Below are positions 10,850 to 22,780 of a stretch of 64,000 bases of DNA, in pieces (position 1 is the first letter of the stretch; each line of letters begins with the position of its first letter). The position numbers were made by a program, and so were the translations under genes. The DNA is from Ptychomitrium polyphyllum (lineage: Eukaryota), in the NCBI GenBank assembly GCA_973851085.1, contig OZ316775.1, positions 5,828,001 through 5,892,000 on the forward strand, read 5' to 3'. The notes beneath the pieces were generated by a model that ran no database searches, was not told the DNA's origin, and saw only the letters and a list, made by a program, of their open reading frames with translations.

Positions 10850-13809
10850 TGATTGATGGAGTAGTTTTTTTCCATCTTCAATTAATTTAACACCTTATTT
10901 GTTTCTGTGACTTATCGAAGTCATATTTAAACACATTCCTTCTGTGTCTGCCTATGCTTCATATCGATTTATGAATTATATCCGCACTTGTCTGAGAAGA
11001 GTTTGCCTTAGATCTTATGCTATAACATGTGCAGATGTCAGCATTATGAGATCGGATAAGTACTGCAACATGTTTCTTGAGGAATCTGCTGAGATGAATA
11101 GAAGCTGGTGCATGTTGTGGGAAATAACATCTTGGCTCTATACAAGTTTCTTTTGGTTCCGATCAACAGATTGTTGCAGGGTAGCTAGGACTAAGCGATT
11201 CATGAATGCTGTGTACAAAAACTTTGCTTTTCGTAATCACAAAGAGCGAAAGGCGTTTGACGACCAGAGCAAAAGGCAAGATTTCATGTCTTGGAATGTT
11301 CACAATACCGACCTATGAACACTGTTGAGTACCTGTGTTTAATGATATGACGGTGAATGAAAACAAGTCAGTCACTACCGTGTTATTTTCCTCAATACCG
11401 TTTTCAGTTTTCTTCACTTACACACGTTCAACCTAGAAGAAAGCTCTTGCTTGCTGCTGAGAGTACGTAACTGAATTGTCTTCTGACATGTAATTTAAGT
11501 CGGTTGTTATATCCTTACGATTTGATAACGTCCATTCTCATGTTAAAAATATGGATTGCTCTTGGAAGTGTTCAGCTGACTCCTTGGTTCGAGCGCAGTT
11601 TAGAAATCGGGAGGTAATAGATTATGCAATTTGTCAGATGAGTCATCCACCCAGGTGTGCTGCTTCATATCCTTTTCAGCAGATATTCTAAAAAGGTGAA
11701 AGGCTAATTAGCTTGTTCCGTTTTGTTGTCCTCACTGCACTACAGATTTGTTAATTATGCAAGGATCCTGCACTCAATCGTTTTATAGAACACTCGTACA
11801 AAATATTATTCCTGTGCTCCTGTCAAACAAATTGGTGCATGAACAAAGCGTCATGCTATTTTTGATGTTGAAAGAATTTAAGGTGTTAGACTTGCTGCAC
11901 ACCTATGTTTACGAGGATATATGCTGCAGGAAGAAGTTAGCCATATTGCACCTCTAACCCTCAACAGTAGTTTACTCTATTCCATTTACACTAATGGGAG
12001 AGATTTGTTTAATCTAAAACTTCGATGGATTCTAGAAAAATCATACAAGGTCTAGCTAAGAAGGACGCTCGTCAAAACCATACAGAAGATGCAGAACACG
12101 TGATTTGGAGGATGAAATAGCCGCACAGTGAGCAACTGATCCAGGTTTGGCATCGACTTGAACCACAGAAACTCTCTAAGAAGTATTTGTTGGAAACCGC
12201 CATCCATTTTTATTTTGGTTGGTACTATTAGAGCCAAGCTATGGTTATTTAGTAAGATTTCGGGGTGTTTTTGTTAAATAGAATGAGACTTCCAGTTTGT
12301 GCTGTTGTCAGACCAACTTCACTGCAGTCACATGCTCTCAATTACATGAGTACCGCAAAATTGCAAATTTTAGCAAGTCGGTTGACATTCAGAGACGTGG
12401 TACGTTGTCAAACCGTATGCAAGTGAGTACGGAGTATGAGATGGGGTTTACATGATTGACTTATATCGCCGGATTCTCTGAATTCATTTGCAACTATAGA
12501 TGTCAGCGTGACGAAGCCACGAGCTCGAAGACATCTGCGTTTTAACAATTGTGAGAATCTATAGATTGAGCCTCTCTGTCGGCTTGAAGTCAGCAGTTGA
12601 ACTGAATTCTTCACCAAGTTGCCTGAAGCTTATCTACCAATAAAGCAGAAAGTTTTCAAGTCTTAGTACTTCCACTGGTTAGCATCAAGAGTACCTGGAT
12701 ACGGTAAACGTACGAGCTTCCAGAAATTCACACTCGATATTAAACGGCTCATGGGATGACAAAACTCACAATTAGCAGCTAACGTTTCATAAAACGCTCA
12801 ATCTGAAGCAATGATTCCAATCATAATCAGATTATCATACACCTTCTCTACATTGCACGCCAACATTACAGTAAGTCAAGCTCCCTCGACAAACGCGGCA
12901 AGCACCCAGGGGCCAGGACTGAGGACACATAGATGGCCATGTTTAGACCACCTCAGAGCTGGCATCCTCTGCCGCTGTAACAGACTCTCATCATCAGCTG
13001 CAACCAATTACGTGAGTTGGTGAACCCAGCTGAAGTGAAAACACAGTTGGACTCTTCCCATGAGTTGCAATAAGGAGCCCCTGGGCCATGTCAGCCATGT
13101 CAGACCTTTCCACTCAAATCATTTAATTGAGCCTGTTCGAGGTCTGATCACGAATAGAGCGATGCGCATTGTACCCGGAAACCCCACACCAGCGCCAATA
13201 TCTTAGCCCTTCATAGATTTCCCGACCCGAAGATAGCCGCCTGCCGGGTCATCCTCCGGGTCGCTGCCCAGGTTCCGAGCATCATGCCTCCGGGTCGTCA
13301 TCCCGGTTTCGGGTGGCACTGTACTCTTGGCTTTGTTTCATGTCGATCGCCTTAATTTCATGGCCATGGCGATGCAGAGTACAGTATGAGTAAGCTCCAG
13401 CTATGGAGCTGAAAGCAGGAAAAGCAAAACCAAAAATGCCAACCAGGAGGGAGAGTTCTAGTTCTAATAGAACCCGTCGTCGTCGTCGTCGCCGTCGATA
13501 GCGTTCTAGTGCTGATCGAGCAGTTGTTGTTTTTGTTGCTAACGTACAGGGTGTGCAGCTGCAGCTAGCTAGCGACGTGTGGGAGTGACGGTGAGGTGCA
13601 GATGATCATTGACGTGATTATGGACAAGCAGGCAGCTTGATGTGGTGTTTAAGGGCGCTTATGATTGTTGTACGAGGAGGGAGAATTGGGTTAGTGAGTT
13701 GCTAGTTAGGTGCAGGTTTTGCATGTGTAGGTTGCTTGCAGGGGGGATGCCATGACTTTGTTGACGTTGGAAGTGGTTGCAGGGTTAGTAATCTTGGGGT
13801 GGTAGAGCA

Positions 13810-15381
13810 ATGGAACCGGAGGATCAATGGTCGCACCGGGACTTTACCCAGATTAAGCCGCGGCGGCCGGAGGGAGCGGAGGAGGTTTGGGAGGACGAAG
13901 AGGAGACGGCCTTTTCGTTTCTGTGGCCGGCGAGTGGGGGAGCGAAGGAAGATGGAGGTGGGGAGGGAACTCGTCATGGCTGTGATGAGGATGGGAATCA
14001 TGAGGAGAATCTGCGTAAGGGGGAGGGGCTGGGGCTGCAGCAGGAAGAGTTTGAGTTTCGTAACATCATGTCAACGTCGACTTCAACGGTTGTGGAGCGA
14101 CTCTCGCCGTCAGGTATCTCCCCTGCCGATGAACTTTTCTTTAAAGGGCAGCTATTGCCGCTGCACCTGCCGCCTCGCATTCAGATGGTGAAGAAATTGG
14201 TACTGGAAAGGCAACATGCTCAGCGGGAGCAGCAACATCAGGAGCAGCAGCTACAGCTACAGCAGGAAGTGACGGCTGACATGCGAAATGTTCATCGGAA
14301 AGCGGACAACAAGATGGGTCACGTGAACGCCACGATGAATGCGTTGTCGCAAGCGAGATTTGCACGCTTGTTCCAGCCGAAGTACTCCAAGTTTTGCAAC
14401 ATTAGTTCTGCGGAGGTCGTCTCTCCAGCTGCTGCGCGGCTTGGAAACTCGTGGTGGGATCCTCGGGAGGCCTCTCATGTCCACGAGTACAGCTCCGCCG
14501 GTTCCTTCACGTCGACAGACCGCGACTCCTCGGGCGACAGCAGCAGCTCTCGTGACTCAAACGGAAGCTCCCAGGATTGCTTCGACAGTAGCTCGTCCAA
14601 GTACCACTTTCACGTCACTGATAGCAAGGGGTTTTTCCACAACCGCGAGGTTTTCAGTACGCACAGTGCGCACCCAGAGCGCTCCAGCGGGATCTCCACC
14701 TGGCTCCGACCTCCTTTCAAATGGAAAGTCCTATTTGGTGCGAAAAAACCCTCAGTGACCTCGAAACCTTCTTCCCCTTACGACATCGACGTGCAGCCGA
14801 GGGCGCATTTCACGGAAGCAGCTGGCCCTTCAGAACTTTTCTCTGCTTCCCCTGTTTCCACCGACCGGTATTACAGTGATTGCAGCGGCGAGCTTACCCA
14901 CAGTGGGGACCTGCTTCTCAGCTCTCGTGCGTTTGTCCATGGTAGCGATATGGAGAAGTACCCTCGCGGCATGGAGAAAGCGAGAGGCTACCTGCAGAGG
15001 TACATGAAAGCTTTGCATCCAAACCGCAGCAAAGATCATCACAATAGCAGCAGTACTGCCCCTGACGAAGGACCAGCGTCTACTCGAGTTTCCTCCGCCA
15101 TCACCACGAGCAAAATGTTTCCCCCGTTCTCGCAGAGCTTCCGATTCTCTCCGAAGGACATTCCCCTAAGGATGAAAGCCAGACCTCCTCCGCCATCACC
15201 ACTGCCTGGGTCGCGGCGTGTGAGCACGAGCTCGGCGTCATCGGAGCTCCACTGCGATATCAAGGGCGCCATAGCCCATTGCAAGGAGTCACAAAAGCAA
15301 CGCAAACTGGATGGTGAGGAGCTTCTGGAGCCAAAATGTGTTGATGATCAGAATATTGTGAAAGTGAATGCTTCGATTTGA
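13810..15381 (+). CDS. MAKR/BKI1-family membrane-associated kinase regulator, 523 aa
   Basis: SPADELFFKGQLLPLHLPPRIQMV N-terminal motif, Ser-rich middle (SSSSRDSNGSS), YLQRYMKALHP motif and C-terminal ELHCDIKGAIAHCKES block, typical of BKI1/MAKR proteins. Confidence 0.85.
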   Translation: MEPEDQWSHRDFTQIKPRRPEGAEEVWEDEEETAFSFLWPASGGAKEDGGGEGTRHGCDEDGNHEENLRKGEGLGLQQEEFEFRNIMSTSTSTVVERLSPSGISPADELFFKGQLLPLHLPPRIQMVKKLVLERQHAQREQQHQEQQLQLQQEVTADMRNVHRKADNKMGHVNATMNALSQARFARLFQPKYSKFCNISSAEVVSPAAARLGNSWWDPREASHVHEYSSAGSFTSTDRDSSGDSSSSRDSNGSSQDCFDSSSSKYHFHVTDSKGFFHNREVFSTHSAHPERSSGISTWLRPPFKWKVLFGAKKPSVTSKPSSPYDIDVQPRAHFTEAAGPSELFSASPVSTDRYYSDCSGELTHSGDLLLSSRAFVHGSDMEKYPRGMEKARGYLQRYMKALHPNRSKDHHNSSSTAPDEGPASTRVSSAITTSKMFPPFSQSFRFSPKDIPLRMKARPPPPSPLPGSRRVSTSSASSELHCDIKGAIAHCKESQKQRKLDGEELLEPKCVDDQNIVKVNASI

Positions 15382-15882
15382 AAAATTTGAAGCTGTGATG
15401 AATTGCTGAAGCATCATGGCATAGGGTTTCATCAGCATTCGATCACAGCTTTGTATTTACAGGTATGCTACTGATTGCATTTGGTCTACACTTCTGTATT
15501 TACAGGTATTATGCTACACTGCATTGCCAATGAATGAAAGTTGATGGTTGTAGTTATCTCTCGAAACCTCTCGGCTCCTGGGGTCACAATCTTTGTGGGC
15601 TTTCATGGACATGGCCACTGCTTGGAGCCGAAACCCTTAAGGATTGGGTATGGCCAGATATGATCAAGTGTCAACTTAGAAGAGCATTTTCTTGCTTAGT
15701 TCTCAGACGATCAGTTTGTTCTGTGAGTGGTCCTGCCCTGTTGATGGCCATAGCCTCGTGTTCTTTCTGGCGGTTTGTTCTGCCTTGAGTCTCACTGAGA
15801 TTCGGCTTGTTGTATTTTTTTTCTTCGCTATGTAATATGAGTTAACCCGGTTGGGGTTCCAAGGAAGAGCATTTCCGGATAT

Positions 15883-16350
15883 TCACCAGCCGTCGGTTCC
15901 AGTTGCCCAAAGTGCAGTGAGCTGCCGCAGATTGTTCACTGTTGGTTCACAATAGACCACAAAGTTGCCATCGTCTTGCAGCCATGCTAAGTATTTTCCA
16001 GTGCAGCTATAGATGTAGGTGTAGGTCTCGAATTTGATCATGTGTACTCCGTTGTAGAGCACAAAGTTGCCATTACCCTGCATTAATGCGTAGCAATTGG
16101 CGCCATGGCCGGAGGTATTGGTTGCCCACAATGGCAGCCGGTTCTTCTCCAAATCGTACAGCACGAGATTGCAGTCGTACTGCATGGCGAGTAGGAACCT
16201 GGCATTCTTGCTTCGGAGGGCACCTCCAGTTGGGATTTCACTTGGCGCCACAATCATGGCACTCTGCGTTTCCTGGTTACCTTGGATTACACCTACGATG
16301 CAGGTCAAGACGTTGAGAATGAGGCACACACGGCTTCTGAAAATGCACAT
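15883..16350 (-). CDS. Secreted bulb-type (GNA-related, mannose-binding) lectin, ~155 aa
   Basis: First ATG at 16350 followed by a hydrophobic signal-like segment (VCLILNVLTCIVGVIQG). Three QxDxNxVxY-type subdomains (QYDCNLVLY, QGNGNFVLY, QDDGNFVVY), plus LWATNT and ALWATGT motifs. Confidence 0.88.
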   Translation of the reverse strand: MCIFRSRVCLILNVLTCIVGVIQGNQETQSAMIVAPSEIPTGGALRSKNARFLLAMQYDCNLVLYDLEKNRLPLWATNTSGHGANCYALMQGNGNFVLYNGVHMIKFETYTYIYSCTGKYLAWLQDDGNFVVYCEPTVNNLRQLTALWATGTDGW

Positions 16351-19300
16351 CGCCGGTCCTTTGAAAGTCGGTAAGTATTGCACTCACTGGCTTATTAATT
16401 GGTGGGAAATCCATTTGTATGAGCCATCTTTTAGGTCAGGGTTTGACCACATGCCGCTATTGATTCATCTTTTTTGCCATCACTAGGGATCGTGCGAGGT
16501 TAACTGCATTTGTGCCCTGTTTCTCCCATCTTGTAATCTGCTAACCTACATGATTGCAATTCACATGATTCACCTCTGTTGGCTACAACTTTCCTTTAAG
16601 CCGGGACTTCGTTGTTGCCCAAACCTGATGCCAGCGAGTTGGTTTGCATATGACCTGTAGATATTGCCTGAACAATGTAGAATTAAGTTGTAATGTCACC
16701 AATTCGCGTCCTCAGGAGTAAATTTGAGGAGGTGATTGAATGAAATATCATGGGACTCTGACGTCGTACCTTTGCTTCTAACTCTTTGCATTTCTTCTTG
16801 GTTTTGAAGCTTACAAGTTGGGGTTGCTATCGTATTCGTAGAGCTTCTCTAATGTAGTGCACGTCGCTAAAGTCCAGGTACAGCTCCTAGTGCTGCAGGT
16901 CGGTTTTTGGAAGGGTCACATCGTGTTCCGACGTCTCTTCTTATTGGGTTTGGGGCTGCCAAACGACGTGCACAGTCTTATATCTTCTCAGGTAAGTTTT
17001 TGGCCTATTGTAGCAACGTAGAAAGATGAAACCGATTAGGTCCAATTTGAACCAACTTAATATCGTGCAACACAATTTTAGGTGTACGTTTTTGTGAAGG
17101 TTTCTCACGAAATCATATATCCTAAAATCTGTCTCACCTCGAGTTGATGGTTGTGCGATGCTTGAGACTTGTAGCAGAGATGTGTTAGCGACGGGAGATA
17201 TAAAACATTGTAACGGTGCCCTTCAGGCACATGGAGGTGCACTGGGACTCACGTAAAATTTCTACTTCTTTTCAGCTTTGGCAAGTATGACTAAGTACAT
17301 GGTAAGCCTCTGCTACGAAGCTATTCACAAGAATTCTCTTATTATTAGTGTTAACCTCCTGATTTCTCGTAGCCGTAGAAGTAAGTAGGAACATTTTGTC
17401 AAGTCTGTTGATAACAGGAATTGGTCAGAAATAATGCGTCCTATCTGCTGTTTATCTTGTGGCACATCTTTGACATGTAGCATTTGGCTAGCTCCAGCTT
17501 GCCAAATTGGTATGATTCGATGAAATGTTCTGTGTCCATCATAAACTTAATCCGTCCTTACGAAAGTTAGCAGCAATTCATGGATTAGACTTCCAATTTT
17601 TTTGTCTGCTCAAGATTAGCCTCACGAACCCGTGTATTGTAATTTTGCACAGAAATGTCCGAATGACTCATTAACAGCTGATAAATCTTCGCAAATCTTC
17701 GTTACAAAGTACAATCTTCAGGACCACTTGCTTGGTCATGGATTGCAAATGCTAAATTTGTAGCTTGCTTCAACTGATCGCCCCGGATTCGAGTTTGCGT
17801 TGCAGTTTCATCGACTCGAGAAAGGTTCACAGGCTTACCAACGTTCTAAACACATGTTGAACATGAGGTGACATTACTTGTATACGTCCATCAGAATTCA
17901 TAGCGAGAGTACACATGTCAGCCTGTGACGCCAGCTAAAGTGTCGACCCAACTTATTGCAGAAGTCAGAATCTCCCTCGAGTCCTTTACATGTCCGTCCA
18001 CTGTATTAACAAAGCCACCTTGATTCTACACCTCACCTAAGTTGCGATGATACAAGAGAAACTTTTGACGGGCATTGCATCAGCCCAACGCCATGGCCAC
18101 TATTGGACAGGCACATGAAGTTCGATTCTATAATTCACAACAAACTCTGCACTTGATGGAGAGCAAGACATAAACATTCCACATCTTGACATTTTGTTCT
18201 TCACAAACCCCAAGCCCACGCCAAGTTGAGAACTCGATATGATCTCAATTGGATGAAATGTTTTCTCGAGTGCTAGAAGGAGGCCGCGTATTCCAAGCCC
18301 GTTTTCGTAAATGTTCAGGATTTGGATCTTAGAATGACACCCACGATTCTGGCACGAGTATAGTTGAGTAACAGCACTAGCAAAGGTGAAGCATAAACAA
18401 ACTAGACTTCACCAGCTTCGAGAGAATTTGCTTGTCATTACCACCATCATCATCATCATCGTCAAGAGATACTAGTGAGCACCCACCGCATCATGCAAGA
18501 ATTTCCAGCTGGTACTTGGGTCATTTGTTTTAACAGTAGTTGCTCGTGGGCCGCAGATTTCCAGGACTCGAGAAGAAGAATAACAGCCTACGACGAGCAC
18601 ACTTTTCAGATCATTGATCATCTTTTCCTGGATCATTGGATACGTTAGTTTCTCGTCCTTTGAATTTTCAGCCACCTTGTACATAATTTTCCGTCAAGAA
18701 AAGTATTGTAAATGGGTTTCCTTGATGCGGTTCAGGTCCTGAGTTTTGAGCTAAAAGGATTAGAGCCGATGGTTATTGGTTGCCGTATATCTTCTCATCT
18801 TCACAGTCAATATTGCTCCATTGCCAGACGTTTCCCAGCTTTTATCTTTTCATTTTCCAGGATAAGCTGTTGGACCTTGGTTGTATCATCTGTCGGTAAA
18901 TAGAAAGCTTCAGATCATTTTAGCAGAAACGGAAACTTCGTAATTAGGATCAGGTCTTCATGAATTAGCATGGAAGGCCAAAGATTTTCTTCAAATAAGG
19001 TAGAAGATTATGAAAGCATGGAAGGTCAAGATTTGCTCTAAATTAGCATGGAAGGCTAAGATTTGCAGCCATGGGAATGTTATGCCTGAAAACTAGATGG
19101 AAGGCATGAATGGTTGCAATGTGCTGATTACTTCAATAGAGGCTATATATGTGCATGGGATTGAAGGAAGTCACATTGGCTTGAGATTACTGTTGCTGTG
19201 AAAGTAACTCACCGGAATGCGTACCGAGTGTCATGAGAAAGGACACTCTTGACGTCGTACTTGGGAGCTTCCAGAATATCATGTGCTATGTCCATCCGCT

Positions 19301-22300
19301 GGGTACATAAGCCTTGAAGCTGAGTGCTGTGTGCACCGGCTCCTTGTGCAAGTGACAACCACAGTCGGACACATTCTGATTGCAACTTGCGACGTGAATT
19401 GAGTGTCGAAGGGTCCACTTGAACTTCCGGTACAGCGTTCGCATTAAACTCAGGCCCACATTTGAAATGATTAGATTTGTGCCTTGAATTTAGTTTTACA
19501 AAGAAGCTATAGTAACTCACTTTCTCGTCCACGCAAGAACCTTGTACTTACACTTGAAGTGTTAAACATATCTGATGCTGTGTCATACATTCTTCGCAAT
19601 TGGACAGAGTTCATCTCATGCTAAAAAAACTTTAAATGTGAGAAACGTGGATGCAACATGAATTTCCAACTCCTAAATTAAGTCTCCTGCTTCATTCAAT
19701 ACCACATTCGACAGTTGACCTCGACATGCACGCTGTCCTGAATAAAACCTCATAGATTATCACGGAAATCCGCACATCCGACCTAACTAAAGTTGTCGAG
19801 GTAAAGCAGGATGCAAATATTCCTCCATCACTTGAACTTACCAAATCGCAAGTAACTTCTAAATCGAATTCGTTGAGGTTGAACTTTAAGTCCCACATAA
19901 TTCCTATTCTGTGCACGCATTTTGAAGTTAAGTTTTTAAAGGAGAAAAAGTGAGTCGGAAATGAAGGACTCTGCACCCAGAGACTGGCAAAAGATTGAAT
20001 TTGATTCCTCTTGTAAGTGCGGGAACTTGAAGGCTGCAGAAAGGTGGCATTATTGCAGCAGAATGAAGTGATAACCGAGGCTCTCCACTCATACGCCCCA
20101 TGTCGGAGACGACGCTCGATGGCCATGGCTTCGCAGAAGCGCTGCTGGAGAATCATCCTCCGGTAGGCCCACAGACTTGAGCCACCACAAAACCCACCTC
20201 ACCTGCACTTTTGACCCTTCCCGCACATTTCCTCCGAGGCACCTTTTTAGGGGCTCAACTCTCATGTGTCAGAAGTGCACTTATTAGTGACAACCATGTC
20301 CGTTGTCAGCTTCTTAGCTCACAGACACCAACAAAGCCGACAGCCTTGAGAACTAAATTTCAAATTCCATCGTTTCATTGAAGATAGTACTCCTTCAGTA
20401 GTAAAATTCTCTGCTTTGGACGGTACAAGATGAAAATACTCAAAAATATTTGAAAACTGAAAATTCTGATGGCTTTGAAGTGGTCGAGCAACTGTCGTGG
20501 TTGTGAAAAGAGATTGCTTTAAAGTGCGCGGTTTGGTTGTCGATGTAGGATGGAGATGGGATTTCAATGCCTATTCACATCTTCCCCTGATGGATTGACT
20601 TGCGGGTTTATTGTAGATTTGATAATTTATTTGTACAGGAAATCAGGATTTAAATAATAGGTGAAGATGGTTTTATCTTGATGGTTACTATTCTGGGTTA
20701 CAGTGTGTGGTCATTTTCCAGCGTTAGCTGCCTGGTGATGGTTGATTCCGCGCCGCCATGACCAATGCTACTTCTCTCGCAGACACGAACCCCGAAGCTC
20801 TGTGATTACATAAGATTCATAGCTACCACATCGCCAGTTGTTGCATTGTCGAAGAGCTCATCGAGTTCACCCCTGCTCTTGACTAAGGCGAAAGAAACCA
20901 AGCAGGAAAGGTTATGGCTGAGGTTGTGGTGACCACCAGGCGGCGAGAACAAGAGTGCAGGCTTTGAGAGTCAATCATATAGCTGGGGTATCTCGGATTC
21001 CGAGCGTACAGATAGAAAACACAGAATCGGAGCTGGAAAAGGATATCTGCAGGGGGACGTTGCATCAAGAAGATTTGTTCATTGCAATGGGTTGAAGGCT
21101 TCGTGTGAGCTTCCAGTACTTGTCGAGGAGTTCAGCGGACAAGTCGGAGATCATCGAGTGCTCAGGTGGAATACCCGACCTAAGCTCGGGTTCTTCGTCT
21201 TCTTCTTCATCTTCACTCTAGGGTAGGATGAAATTGTGAGGTTCGGGAGTAACCAAGGCAATAGAGGAGTAGAAGTGAGGTGGGTGAAAGGCGAAGTAGG
21301 AGTAAAGATCGCAACTTGGGAGTTGAGAGGACGGAGAAGTGGTTGTTTGCCGGGACAGTGCGGAGGAGCATATGGTAGCTTTCTGCTTGACGAAGGGCCG
21401 GCACAGTTCTGACGACTAGTCTGCGCGCTACCACTCTCTGCACCTGCCAGGAGTCTCCCAGTGGGTGCGTTGCAACTTCACCACTGCCCTGTTCTCGGTC
21501 GGTAAGGCGTGCAGAGCCTCTGACACTCCACTTGGTGCTCCATAATCTTCTACTCCAGCTCTTCCTTTCTCTCTTTCACATCTGCAGATTCTTCACATTC
21601 TAATGTCTGTGAGTCTGCCCTGATTCTGCTGCTCGCATTCAGCTGTTTCCATGCTGTAGCCATCGATGGGGTGTACCTATTTTACCAGCTCACTAGAACT
21701 GTCTCTCTTCATGTTGCCCGTATTCATTGCATCAGCAGCTCTGACATAATCCCATTGTCACCAAGCACACGGAGGTACATTCCACGTTGAGGGAGCTTAG
21801 GGCTCATTTGTCACCTGCACCCTTGCTGGATTCCTCTGGCTCTTCAGTATCTTATCGAAAGTGGCATCTGCAGTGCACAGCGATTCACTCTCTCTGTTCC
21901 AAGCTTGGAAAGAACTTGACGGTTGCAATCACTTGCTGGGCTGTAATGTCGCTGCTGTGTGGCCAATTGAGAAATATTTTTTGTTGTAGGGTAGGAGTAG
22001 TTTTCACGAGAGACCAGTGAGCTCCATCACTTGGCAGAGTACTAGTAGAGGTTGTGGTAGAGGTCTCGCTTTGCAGGACATGGTGACTGGGTGCGTCTTG
22101 GGCGGCGAGCCAGTTGACTGGCACGAATTGACGGGTGTCTTAGGTGTGGTAACCATGTGGTGTGGGGCCCGTGTGGATGCTGGTTTCGTGAGGAGATAAC
22201 GAACCCCTAGAGATGTGGATTCCGGCTCAAGAGAAAATAATTAATTTCGGCCTGGGCGAGCCGATTATGAAGCTCTTCATTTGGGAAAATTCAAAGAAGC

Positions 22301-22780
22301 GAGCAGTGGCGATGAGTCCAGTTGTTGAGCCGGTCCTTTTTTCAAGATTGTCAGCTCCGCGGTAGCCTAATCTCACAGAAGCGTACGTTTCTTCTTCAAG
22401 GCTTGATTATCAGAGAATTTGACGCGCCACTCTAGTGCAGTTTTGAGATTAAAAGAAAGAGAATTCTCCTTCAATCTGCATTTGCTTCGTGGCGGAGGAG
22501 AAAGTTGGCCAAAGCTTTTTAAGGAGTATAGAAGCTGTTTCCTGCCCTGTAGGCTATGTGTTCTGCACCTGGCCGGCAGAAGTTGAACGGGTGGATTTGT
22601 TCTTTGCTGGCTATAGCAGTGGCTTCCTCTGAGACTTTTTTTGCTGAGAAGAACCTTCTCTTTAGCATAGCAGATTGGATGATGTGCTGGGAGATTCTGG
22701 CAGTTTCTAGAAGGAAGTAGAGGCAGTGACCGGGTGAGGGTTACAGAATCAGAGAGATTTGGATAACGCAGCTCGCCACA

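Noticed and set aside
16351..16383. GTG start for the lectin given by the ORF track
   Set aside because: This is a eukaryotic gene; the ATG at 16350 directly precedes the signal-like peptide.
21581..21600. Short similarity to a remembered moss miR902-like sequence
   Set aside because: Only about 12 nt match and I saw no complementary arm to form a precursor hairpin.
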